This document shows positions 44,895 to 53,432 of a stretch of DNA of 58,663 bases, in pieces. Within the stretch, counting starts at the first letter, position 1, and every line of letters begins with the position of its first letter. The position numbers were made by a program, and so were the translations under genes. The stretch comes from Candidatus Woesearchaeota archaeon (GTDB lineage: Archaea; Nanobdellota; Nanobdellia; Pacearchaeales; GW2011-AR1), in assembly GCA_964485325.1 (NCBI GenBank), contig CAZAIT010000001.1, forward strand, positions 1 through 58,663, in the 5' to 3' direction. The notes beneath the pieces are model-generated. The model did no database searches, was not told the origin of the DNA, and was given only the letters and a program-made list of their open reading frames with translations.

Positions 44895-47800
44895 ATGAAA
44901 AAACTTTTTTATTTTGCTTTATTTTTTTCTTTGTTAGTTATGGGTTTCGCATCGGCATCTATTAATATTAATCCTAATAGTGTAGAACTGGGAAAAGAAG
45001 TTGTAATTACTATTGATATGAATAGTTATGGTAATTATGTCTATTTTTATGATGACGCTGAAAACATGATAAGTTCTTACAGTTTAGGTTGTGCAGATAA
45101 TTTGTGTTCTAAAAAGACAACCTTTCAATATTTAATTGATGATTTTGATTTAGGAAATTATAAGATAGCTGTTTATTCTCACGACGATAACAAGTGGTTG
45201 TTTAGTAATTTTGAAGTTGTTGAATATAGATGTTCTGATAGAACTTTAGTTGGTGAGTGTTCTTCTACTAAACCTAAATATTGTGGAGAGGGAGAAATTT
45301 TGGTTGATGATTGTTCGAAGTGTGGATGTCTTGATGGGTATAATTGTCAGGAAGATGAGACATGTACGTTTACTCCTTTTTGTGGGGATGATAATTGTGA
45401 CACAATAGAAAGTTGTAATATCTGTCCTGATGATTGTGGAAGATGTGAGTATTCTGTAGGTCCAAATAAAAAAAATGAAGAATTATATTCTGACAAAGAA
45501 GTTTTTTTAGTTTCGGATAGTGACTGGAAAGAAGTTTTACCATTTGTCTCTGCTACAGTTTGGACGGAAAGAGATGAAATTCGAAAATATCCTTTTTTAG
45601 TTTATCATGAAGAGTTTACTTCTTGTTCTCTTTCTGGTAATAAATGCTATAAGTATGATATAGATTCCTCGATCTATTTTATGCAACAATATAACCCAGA
45701 TAAATTAACAATTATTGGAGAAACTCCGCAAGAAATAGATGATTTATTAATTTATGAAAATGATGGAAGCGATTTGAGTGGACCAGAATTATCTCTAGAC
45801 CATATTCAAAGAATTTCTAATGATGATTATTTAACTTATTGGGAAACTTTTGATAAAGTTGTTTACGTTGAGGATGATTATGAATTAGCTCTGTTGGCTT
45901 CTACTTATGCGTCATTAATTAATGCGCCTTTAATTATTGAAGGAAACATCCATGATTCTTTGGGAATATTCAATGGTAGAAACGTTATTTGTATTGGGGA
46001 AGTTTTACCTAGTGGAAAGGCTTGTGGTGAGAAATATAATTTAGAAGAGCTGCGAGATAAGTATAAAACAGAGACTAATACAAATAAAGTTATTTTGATT
46101 AACCCAACGGATTGGGGTACTGGTATTTCTTCATATTTTAATTTTAATCCAGATAAAACTAGTGGTAATAATAAACATCTTTATACTAAAACCTCTTTAA
46201 TTTCTCCTATATTAGCTTCATCTAAGCATGAATTAATATTAAGCACAAATGAAACAGATTATCTTAAAATTGATAAGTTTATTGCTCCTGGAATTTCGGA
46301 TATGGATTATTTGACGATTATGGCCGCATCAAATGTTATTCCACATACAAAGTTTAGACAGAGGATGGCTCATGCTTTTGATTGGGCACTTGATTCATCT
46401 CATTATGCAGATATAAATGGAGATTATATTCCAGATGTAGCTGTCGGAAGAATTGCTGGATTGACTAGTTCAGATGTATCTAGTTATGTAGCAAGAGCTA
46501 TTTTTTATGACACTTTCCCAAGAACAGAAAATACAAAGTTTATGGCAAGTTCTTTTCTCGGTTCTTTAGCAGCTATAGCTATTGAGAGGTCATTTGCATT
46601 TTCTTTAGCGGGATATAATTCAGAAAGTAAGACAACTATACTTCCTGCTAATTGGGATTGGAATTTTTTTACTTCAGAAGATTGGAAAAACCAAGATTTA
46701 ATATTTTATTTAGATCATGGAAGTACTGATTGGTCTGGAATTTATTCCTCTAAAGTTCCTCTCTTAGATAATTCTCTTGTTTTTTCAGTAGCCTGTGACA
46801 CTGCCGCTACATACAGACCTAATTCTTTCTGGGCGATAGCAATAAGAAAGGGAGCTATTGGATATTATGGAGCTACTAGTATTACTGGATTAAATAATAA
46901 TTATATTGATATTTTAAATGAGATTTATTCTTTTAGAACAACTACAATGGGGGGCGCTTTTAAAGAAAAATGGAGTACTTTTATTATGCATGGGATGACT
47001 ACCCTAATTGGAGACCCTACATTAGATATTAATCCTCCACATCATATTGGTCTTCAACCCAGAAGCAATATATGTAACCCTGAAAAAGAATTATGTTTAA
47101 CGAATGGTCAATGTTGTGATGATTTACGGTGTGAACTTTTTACTTGTAAAGGTTGTCAAGAGGCAGCAAATATTTGTTTATTTAATACTGATTGTTGTAG
47201 TGGATTACAGTGTAGTTGGGCTACATGTTCAGACTGTAATAATAATAATGAAGGATGTCTTGTTAAAAATGATTGTTGTGAAAGTACTGCTGGATGTTAT
47301 ATGTTTGAATGTGGTTTGCGAGAAATAGATGAAAGTTGTTTATTAAATACTGATTGTGGCATAGATGCTTTCGGTTGCCATATGTTTGAATGTGGTTTGC
47401 GAGGGATAGGGGAAAGCTGTCTCTTTAATGATGATTGTGAAAGAAATTTAGATTGTGCAGGTTGGGCATGTACTGATGGAGAGAATGGACAGAGTTGTAG
47501 TAGTGCTGAAGATTGTAGTTCTGATTTTTGTTATTGGGGAACATGTATGGATAGATTTCCAAATGGAAATGGGTGTCTTCTTGATAATGATTGTGCCTCT
47601 GACAGATGTAGTTGGTTCGTGTGTAGAAGTACTGGTTATGTGGATCCTTTAAATGATTGTGGTGGAGCTGACTCAAATTGTGGTACTAAACCGAATTGTT
47701 TAGATTGTAATGCAGTAAATCCTCCTGTTGAACCTGATTGTAAAGCGGGAGATAAGTTATGGCACAAATACTATCATTGTGATGGAGCCGAATGTGCAAA

Positions 47801-48107
47801 AGATATTTGGCGATCTGAAACCGAAACATGTACATGGGATTGTAAAGGTAGCGCATGTACTAATGGAAATAATGGAGAGAGTTGTAGTGATGATGGAGAT
47901 TGTAAATCTGATTTTTGTTATTGGGGGACATGTAAAGCATGTTATACTCCTGGAATCAAAGTTGGTGATTTGACTTTTAAATCTCCAGATCACTGTTGTA
48001 GTGGATGGGAACAAAAAACAAAGTCGGTATGTCGGCTTTGGGGTGGAGCTGGTTGCAAATGGTATTCTCATACAAAAATAGTAAATGATTATAAAGCGTG
48101 TAGATAA
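44895..48107 (+). CDS. 1070-aa secreted protein: C25 (gingipain)-like cysteine peptidase core plus C-terminal cysteine-rich repeat array
   Basis: Signal peptide LFYFALFFSLLVMGFASA. His/Cys dyad context IFYLDHGSTDWSG (His608, nt 46716) and LVFSVACDTAA (Cys634, nt 46794). From nt 47073 there are tandem C-x-n-DCC/DC-x-n-C modules. Confidence 0.75.
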   Translation: MKKLFYFALFFSLLVMGFASASININPNSVELGKEVVITIDMNSYGNYVYFYDDAENMISSYSLGCADNLCSKKTTFQYLIDDFDLGNYKIAVYSHDDNKWLFSNFEVVEYRCSDRTLVGECSSTKPKYCGEGEILVDDCSKCGCLDGYNCQEDETCTFTPFCGDDNCDTIESCNICPDDCGRCEYSVGPNKKNEELYSDKEVFLVSDSDWKEVLPFVSATVWTERDEIRKYPFLVYHEEFTSCSLSGNKCYKYDIDSSIYFMQQYNPDKLTIIGETPQEIDDLLIYENDGSDLSGPELSLDHIQRISNDDYLTYWETFDKVVYVEDDYELALLASTYASLINAPLIIEGNIHDSLGIFNGRNVICIGEVLPSGKACGEKYNLEELRDKYKTETNTNKVILINPTDWGTGISSYFNFNPDKTSGNNKHLYTKTSLISPILASSKHELILSTNETDYLKIDKFIAPGISDMDYLTIMAASNVIPHTKFRQRMAHAFDWALDSSHYADINGDYIPDVAVGRIAGLTSSDVSSYVARAIFYDTFPRTENTKFMASSFLGSLAAIAIERSFAFSLAGYNSESKTTILPANWDWNFFTSEDWKNQDLIFYLDHGSTDWSGIYSSKVPLLDNSLVFSVACDTAATYRPNSFWAIAIRKGAIGYYGATSITGLNNNYIDILNEIYSFRTTTMGGAFKEKWSTFIMHGMTTLIGDPTLDINPPHHIGLQPRSNICNPEKELCLTNGQCCDDLRCELFTCKGCQEAANICLFNTDCCSGLQCSWATCSDCNNNNEGCLVKNDCCESTAGCYMFECGLREIDESCLLNTDCGIDAFGCHMFECGLRGIGESCLFNDDCERNLDCAGWACTDGENGQSCSSAEDCSSDFCYWGTCMDRFPNGNGCLLDNDCASDRCSWFVCRSTGYVDPLNDCGGADSNCGTKPNCLDCNAVNPPVEPDCKAGDKLWHKYYHCDGAECAKDIWRSETETCTWDCKGSACTNGNNGESCSDDGDCKSDFCYWGTCKACYTPGIKVGDLTFKSPDHCCSGWEQKTKSVCRLWGGAGCKWYSHTKIVNDYKACR

Positions 48108-48108
48108 A

Positions 48109-48927
48109 ATGGAAAATGGAAAAATAATGGCTATAAGAATATTTATCTTAATAATTATGATTCAATTAGTTAGTGCTACTTCTATTATGGTAGATATGGA
48201 TGAAGCATATGAAACGGGAGACGGAATTTCTTTTAATTATACTTTTTTATCTGATGTTTCACAAGATATAGAGTATATCGCATCTGTTAGTTGTCCAAAT
48301 GCACCTAATGAATTAATTGAGATTCTAAATATGAGTTTAATTGCAGATATTCCATTTACTAGAACTTACGTTTATATGACTAATCTTAATGATGATATAG
48401 AACCTCAGTCATGTGAAGCAATAGTAGCGATGATGAGTCCGGAAGAAACGTCAAAGAAGGAATCTTTTCAGATAGTTACTAGTCCGATTTTTGATTTTCG
48501 AATTTTAATTTGTAAAGATGAATCCTGTCTTGATCAATCCAAATTTTTTATCTTAAATAATAATATTTATTTTGATTATTTTTCTGAAGAAACTCAAGAC
48601 ATTACAATAATATCTACTCTAAAATATCCAGATGGTAACATCGAATCTATAGAATTACCATCTTCTATTAAGTTGGAACAGCTTGGAACTTATGAATTAG
48701 AAGTTATTTCTTCTAAAAATGGATATAAAGATGTGGAACAATCTATTCAATTTGGAGTGATTGAGAAAAATGCTGAAATTCATGAAGGGTTCTTACCTAT
48801 CGAGAAAGATAAACCTGAAATAGAAGAAGAATCTCTTGTTTTTATTATATTAGGTGTTTTATTGTTGGTTATTGTTGGATTTATTTTGTTTAAGGTTGTA
48901 AAGAAAAAATATTTTTGTGAATATTAA
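48109..48927 (+). CDS. secreted, C-terminally membrane-anchored hypothetical protein
   Basis: Signal sequence IMAIRIFILIIMIQLVSA. C-terminal TM LVFIILGVLLLVIVGFILF plus KVVKKK. ATG at 48109, 2 nt after the preceding stop. Confidence 0.55.
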   Translation: MENGKIMAIRIFILIIMIQLVSATSIMVDMDEAYETGDGISFNYTFLSDVSQDIEYIASVSCPNAPNELIEILNMSLIADIPFTRTYVYMTNLNDDIEPQSCEAIVAMMSPEETSKKESFQIVTSPIFDFRILICKDESCLDQSKFFILNNNIYFDYFSEETQDITIISTLKYPDGNIESIELPSSIKLEQLGTYELEVISSKNGYKDVEQSIQFGVIEKNAEIHEGFLPIEKDKPEIEEESLVFIILGVLLLVIVGFILFKVVKKKYFCEY

Positions 48928-48942
48928 GAAGATATTTCAAAA

Positions 48943-49728
48943 TTAATTAACTTTGAAAATTGCTTGCCATCGATATTTATATGCACCTATATCTCCAGCT
49001 TTCCTTATTGAAATTTTATTAATTTTTCCATTAGTATCTTTTTTTATCTCATCTAAGACTCCTTCTTTTGTTCCGAATCCATGATAAAAAATGGTGGTTC
49101 CTTTTTTTGAAAGTTTAAGAGCAGTTTTTAAAAAAGTTTCTTGAAGATTTGGCCTTGGCATTAGAATAATATCGAACTTGTTTTTTATCTTTGTTGGTAG
49201 CTTTTTCGCATCACCGTTTGCTAGAGTGATGTAGTTTTGAAGTTTATTTAATTCAATATTTCTTTTAGAATCTTTGTTGGCCTTTTTGTTAAGTTCGTTC
49301 GAAATTATCTCTGCTTGTTTTTTGGCGAGTTTCAATTTTTTCGCGATTACTATTGGATAAGGAGATATCCCAGCAAACATAACAAGAATTTTTGTTCCTG
49401 ATTTTCTTGAAAGTTTTACCACTTCGTCAGCAATTACTTTTCTTTCATTCGATAATCTCGGAGAAAAATAAGATTCGTCGACGTTAAATTTAAACATACA
49501 CTCATTTTCTTTATAGGTTGCTTCTTTTGTTTTTATTCCTGCAAGATGTTTTGTTTTTAGAGTTCTCAATTCTCCAGAAAATCCTTCAGATTTTTCTAAA
49601 ATAGTTGTAATTGTTTTATTTTTTTTGAGAAATTTTTCTGCCTTTATTTTTTTTATTATCCATATTGTATGTCTTGGAAATTTAAGTATTGCAATGTTTC
49701 CGATGATATCTTGAGGAATTTTTTTCAT
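48943..49728 (-). CDS. trm5: Trm5/TYW2-type (Met-10+ like) tRNA methyltransferase
   Basis: NIAILKFP, FKFNVDESYFSPRLSNER, ILVMFAGISPY. Internal ATG at 49728 avoids overlap with the divergent rbr gene. Confidence 0.72.
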   Translation of the reverse strand: MKKIPQDIIGNIAILKFPRHTIWIIKKIKAEKFLKKNKTITTILEKSEGFSGELRTLKTKHLAGIKTKEATYKENECMFKFNVDESYFSPRLSNERKVIADEVVKLSRKSGTKILVMFAGISPYPIVIAKKLKLAKKQAEIISNELNKKANKDSKRNIELNKLQNYITLANGDAKKLPTKIKNKFDIILMPRPNLQETFLKTALKLSKKGTTIFYHGFGTKEGVLDEIKKDTNGKINKISIRKAGDIGAYKYRWQAIFKVN

Positions 49729-49778
49729 AGTTAACAAAGTTTCCAAAGATATAAAAAGGTTCTTACTTTTTATTAGGT

Positions 49779-50372
49779 ATGGAATCTGATGTGATATCAA
49801 AGACCCTTAAAGGAAGTGAGACTGAAAAAAATCTGTTGAAATCTTTTGCCGGAGAAAGTCAGGCTAGGAATCGATATACATTTTTTGCTAGTAAAGCTAG
49901 AAAAGAAGGGTATGAACAAATAGCAAGTATTTTTTTGGAAACTGCAGACAACGAAAAAGAGCATGCAGAAATTTTCTTTAAATATTTTGAAGGCGGCAAT
50001 GTAGAGATTCAAGCAACTTATCCTGCTGGAAAAATTGGTAATACTGAAGAAAATTTATTGGCTTCTGCAGATGGAGAAAAAGAAGAATGGGGTGAAATTT
50101 ATCCTGAGTTCGAAAAAATTGCCAGAGAGGAAGGCTTTGAGGAAGTAGCTGCGTCATTTAAAGAAATTGCTGAAGTTGAAGAACATCATGAGGGAAGATA
50201 TAGGAAATTATTAGAGAATATAAAAAATAATGTGGTTTTTAAAAAACCAGAAGTAGTTAAGTGGAAATGTAGAAATTGTGGATATGTTCATGAGGGAAAA
50301 GAAGCTCCTGATGAATGCCCTGCTTGTAAACGTTCACAGTCTTATTATGAGGTATTAATGGATAATTATTAG
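49779..50372 (+). CDS. rbr: rubrerythrin
   Basis: Diiron four-helix motifs (EKNLLKSFAGESQARNRY, NEKEHAEIF, VEEHHEGRY) and C-terminal rubredoxin CRNCGY...CPACK. Confidence 0.9.
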   Translation: MESDVISKTLKGSETEKNLLKSFAGESQARNRYTFFASKARKEGYEQIASIFLETADNEKEHAEIFFKYFEGGNVEIQATYPAGKIGNTEENLLASADGEKEEWGEIYPEFEKIAREEGFEEVAASFKEIAEVEEHHEGRYRKLLENIKNNVVFKKPEVVKWKCRNCGYVHEGKEAPDECPACKRSQSYYEVLMDNY

Positions 50373-50657
50373 ATGGCAAAGAAAAAAGTAATTAAAAGCG
50401 AACCTAAAAGAGCTGATGGTAAAAAATGGTTTAGAGTTATTAGTCCTAAACATGAGTGGGGATTTATTCCTGTGAATTGGAGGGGATGGACATCATTACT
50501 TTCTTTGATTGCTATAAATGTTTTCTCTGCGAATTATTTTAATTTGAGGATTCTTGTTTTTGATAATTGGTCTAAGTTTGGAGTTGTGTTTTTTATCTCT
50601 CTCTTTGTTTTTATTATGATATCTAAAAGGAAAACCAAAAATGGCAAAAAGAAGTGA
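50373..50657 (+). CDS. small membrane protein
   Basis: 94 aa with two hydrophobic helices and basic termini. Sits between rbr and dfx. Confidence 0.4.
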   Translation: MAKKKVIKSEPKRADGKKWFRVISPKHEWGFIPVNWRGWTSLLSLIAINVFSANYFNLRILVFDNWSKFGVVFFISLFVFIMISKRKTKNGKKK

Positions 50658-51003
50658 GATTTACAAATGTGATATTTGTGGAAATATTATTGAGGTTTTA
50701 CATGGGGCTAATGGTCAATTAGTTTGTTGTGGGCAACCGATGAGTTTAATTGAAGCTAAATATAATGAAGAAGGAAAAACTGAAAAACATAAACCCGTTA
50801 TAGAAGGCAATGTTGTAAAGGTTGGTAGCGTTGAACATCCTATGGCTGAAGATCATTATATAGAATGGATTGAGGCTGTCGGAGAAGAAAATAAAATTTG
50901 TAAGAAATTTTTAAATCCTGGAGAATCACCTCGGGCTGAATTTGATTTTGAAGTTAAATCTGCACAAGCTTATTGCAACTTACACAATCTCTGGAAAAAT
51001 TGA
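50641..51003 (+). CDS. dfx: desulfoferrodoxin (2Fe superoxide reductase)
   Basis: N-terminal desulforedoxin YKCDICGNIIEVL...LVCCGQPM. SOR domain with EKHKPVIE and C-terminal CNLH. Confidence 0.88.
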   Translation: MAKRSEIYKCDICGNIIEVLHGANGQLVCCGQPMSLIEAKYNEEGKTEKHKPVIEGNVVKVGSVEHPMAEDHYIEWIEAVGEENKICKKFLNPGESPRAEFDFEVKSAQAYCNLHNLWKN

Positions 51004-51036
51004 AAAGTATAAAAGGATACCTTTATTTTATTTTAA

Positions 51037-51444
51037 ATGAGTTATAAATTTTTAGAGCATATTTCTGATGTGAAGTTTCAAGCAACTGGTTTAACTATTG
51101 AAAATATGTTAATGTCTTCTGCGGATGCATTAAACGAGGTAATAAGAGGCAATACTGAAATTGTAAAGTTAAATAAAAAGAAATTTAAAATTAAGGGCAA
51201 AGATAAAGAAAAATTATTATATAATTTTTTAGAAGAGTTTTTATTTTTATTAGAGGCAAAAAGTTTTCTAGTTGCTGAAGTCAAAATTATTTCTGTTAAG
51301 AAAAATAAAATAGTTTGTGTTGTTTTAGGGGATAAGGCAGAGAATTATAAATTTACTAATAATGTGAAAGCAATAACATATAGTGATATTTTTGTTCGTG
51401 AGACAAATAAGGGATTTGTTTGTCAGGTTATTTTAGACGTTTAA
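51037..51444 (+). CDS. archease (RtcB activator)
   Basis: YKFLEHISDVKFQATG start and KAITYSDIFV near the C-terminus. Confidence 0.82.
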   Translation: MSYKFLEHISDVKFQATGLTIENMLMSSADALNEVIRGNTEIVKLNKKKFKIKGKDKEKLLYNFLEEFLFLLEAKSFLVAEVKIISVKKNKIVCVVLGDKAENYKFTNNVKAITYSDIFVRETNKGFVCQVILDV

Positions 51445-51529
51445 CTAATAAGATTAATAAACAAACGTTTCTTATTGTTTTAATATGGTGAAATGTTTTT
51501 TTAAATATATTTTGAGGCAAATTAATTAG

Positions 51530-52354
51530 ATGAAATTAAAAAAAATACATTGGATGGGTATGGGAGTTGGAATTTTATTGGCTACAGGTTCAGTACTTAT
51601 GTTTTCTGGAACTAATTTGATGTATTTTTTATTAGCTGTTTCTTTGGTTATAGGATCACTTCCCTTTATGTTGGGTTTTCTTTCCACACAAGATAAGTAC
51701 AGAGAGAAGGAAGAGAAATTTTTGGAATTTACAAGAGATTTAGTAGAGAATGTTCGATCTGGAACTCCTATTACTAAGAGTATTATGAATTTGAATAATA
51801 GAAATTATGGAACTTTAACTAAACATGTGGATAAGTTAGCAAATCAATTATCAATTGGAATTACTTTAACTGATGCACTTAAAACTTTTGCGAGAGACAC
51901 TAGAAGTAAAGTTATCTCTAGGGCTGTTGATTTAATTAGCGAAGCTGAAAGATCAGGTGGAAAAATAGATGTTATTTTAGGATCGGTTTCTGATTCAGTA
52001 AATCAAATTGAGCAACTTCGGAAAGAGAGAAAAGCAGCAATTTCAAATTTGGTTACACAGGGGTATCTAATTTTCTTTATTTTTATTATTATTATGTTGG
52101 TGTTAGAATTTAAAATTTTGCCACTTGTTTCTGGTTTAGGTGGGACAGAAGGTTTGGGAATGGCTACAAGTTCTTCTAATTCTGATGACCTTTCTACTCC
52201 CTTATTTGTGATGATATTGGTTCAATCATTTTTTGCTGGACTTGTTATTGGAAAAATTGCGGAAGGGAGTGTTAAGAATGGATTTAAACATTCATTCATT
52301 TTATTAGCAGTAACTTTGTTAATTACAACGGGTGCGAGAGCTTTGTTTAAATAA
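51530..52354 (+). CDS. T2SSF-domain membrane protein (TadB/FlaJ-half-like)
   Basis: Two N-terminal TM helices, cytoplasmic helical domain ...LANQLSIGITLTDALKTFA...SEAERSGGKIDVIL..., C-terminal TM helices. Confidence 0.65.
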   Translation: MKLKKIHWMGMGVGILLATGSVLMFSGTNLMYFLLAVSLVIGSLPFMLGFLSTQDKYREKEEKFLEFTRDLVENVRSGTPITKSIMNLNNRNYGTLTKHVDKLANQLSIGITLTDALKTFARDTRSKVISRAVDLISEAERSGGKIDVILGSVSDSVNQIEQLRKERKAAISNLVTQGYLIFFIFIIIMLVLEFKILPLVSGLGGTEGLGMATSSSNSDDLSTPLFVMILVQSFFAGLVIGKIAEGSVKNGFKHSFILLAVTLLITTGARALFK

Positions 52355-52390
52355 GAGAACGTTTATTAATTTAATAATTATCTTTTGTAT

Positions 52391-52483
52391 ATGAAACTGA
52401 AGAAAATATCTGAGACAGAATGGGAGATTCCTATTGAAGGGGATATGAAGGTTCCTGGACGGATTTTTGCTAGTGCCCGATAA
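52391..52483 (+). pseudogene. orphan 30-codon fragment resembling an RtcB N-terminus
   Basis: MKLKKISETEWEIPIEGDMKVPGRIFASAR* parallels the intact RtcB start MVKFKKIDDVTWKIEKEGKMNVPIIVYASEKLL at 53402 and the usual archaeal RtcB pattern (WEIP...M.VPGR.ya). Confidence 0.6.
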
Positions 52484-52520
52484 ACATAAGGTATTTAAAG
52501 ATTAAATTGTTATTTTATTT

Positions 52521-53432
52521 ATGAAACTTGATGAGAATTTAGTAGCAGTTCATGCTTATTTATGTGGTGATGGGTATGTTATACAAAATCCGAAAATGCA
52601 AAAGAAAAAATATTATATGATAGGATTTAGAAATACCAATTTTGTTTTATTGAAAGATTTTCAGAATAAATTTGAAAAAACATTTGGGAAGAAGCCCTAT
52701 ATTACTAACGAGGGGAGGTGTAGGATTGGGTCAAAAGACATTTACAAAAAATTAACCGAAAATTTTGGGAGTTTTTATTCTTACTATTGGGTATTCCCAA
52801 AGTTGAGTGATAGATTTTCTAGAATTTGGCTTAGAGCGTTTTTTGATTGTGAAGGCTGGGTTGTTTGTAAGAGTCACCAGAGTAGATGTATAGGGCTAGA
52901 TTGTGTTAATAAAGAGGGGATATATAAGATTAAAAAGGCATTAGAAAATATCGGAATAATGTGTAAGATTAGAAGTAGAAATACTCGAAATATATTTTCG
53001 TTAGGTATTTTTGGAAAAGAAAATTTAATTAAATTTAGAGATGAAATTAATTTTTTACATCCTTTAAAAAAGAATAAATTGGATGAAGTTATAAAAGATT
53101 TTGTTAATTATAATTGGGAATTCCCCATAAGGAAAAACGAATTAAAAGATTTTATTAAAAATATATTTAGGGATAAAGCAAAAGTCAAAAGAGGAAGTTG
53201 GGTTGTTAGAATAGTTTCGAATAAAGAAAAGAATTTAATTCAATTGCAGAAAAAATTAGATAATTTATTTAATGTAGAGTCTAAAGTGAATGTGAATAAA
53301 AATGGAATTGGAACTGTTTATTATGAAATGAGTATCAACAAAAAAGAAGAGATTAGAAAACTAATTAAATATGGTTTAATAAGCGAGAATGAGAAGAAAA
53401 AATGGTTAAGTTCAAAAAAATCGATGACGTGA
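52521..53432 (+). CDS. free-standing double-motif LAGLIDADG homing endonuclease
   Basis: Dodecapeptide motifs LVAVHAYLCGDGYVI and WLRAFFDCEGWVV. 3' end overlaps the rtcB start by 31 nt. Confidence 0.8.
   Translation: MKLDENLVAVHAYLCGDGYVIQNPKMQKKKYYMIGFRNTNFVLLKDFQNKFEKTFGKKPYITNEGRCRIGSKDIYKKLTENFGSFYSYYWVFPKLSDRFSRIWLRAFFDCEGWVVCKSHQSRCIGLDCVNKEGIYKIKKALENIGIMCKIRSRNTRNIFSLGIFGKENLIKFRDEINFLHPLKKNKLDEVIKDFVNYNWEFPIRKNELKDFIKNIFRDKAKVKRGSWVVRIVSNKEKNLIQLQKKLDNLFNVESKVNVNKNGIGTVYYEMSINKKEEIRKLIKYGLISENEKKKWLSSKKSMT

Noticed and set aside
47290-47940. Possible diversity-generating retroelement (template and variable repeat) behind the repeated segments of the Cys-rich protein.
   Set aside because: The differences between copies are not adenine-specific, both copies are in-frame protein repeats, and no reverse transcriptase is present in the window.
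47104-48071. Alternative-frame and antisense ORFs within the cysteine-rich region (47104-47328, 47425-47676, 47455-47652, 47728-47973, 47757-48071).
   Set aside because: Artefacts of the codon-biased TGT/GAT repeat. The plus frame of 44895-48107 is continuous and has a coherent domain structure.
51003-51030. Possible third copy of the AAAAGTATA palindrome (GAAAAGTATAAAAGGATACCTTTAT) upstream of archease.
   Set aside because: The arms are not complementary (GTATAAAAGG versus GATACCTTT) and the TTTTTACGA flank is missing. Probably chance similarity in AT-rich DNA.
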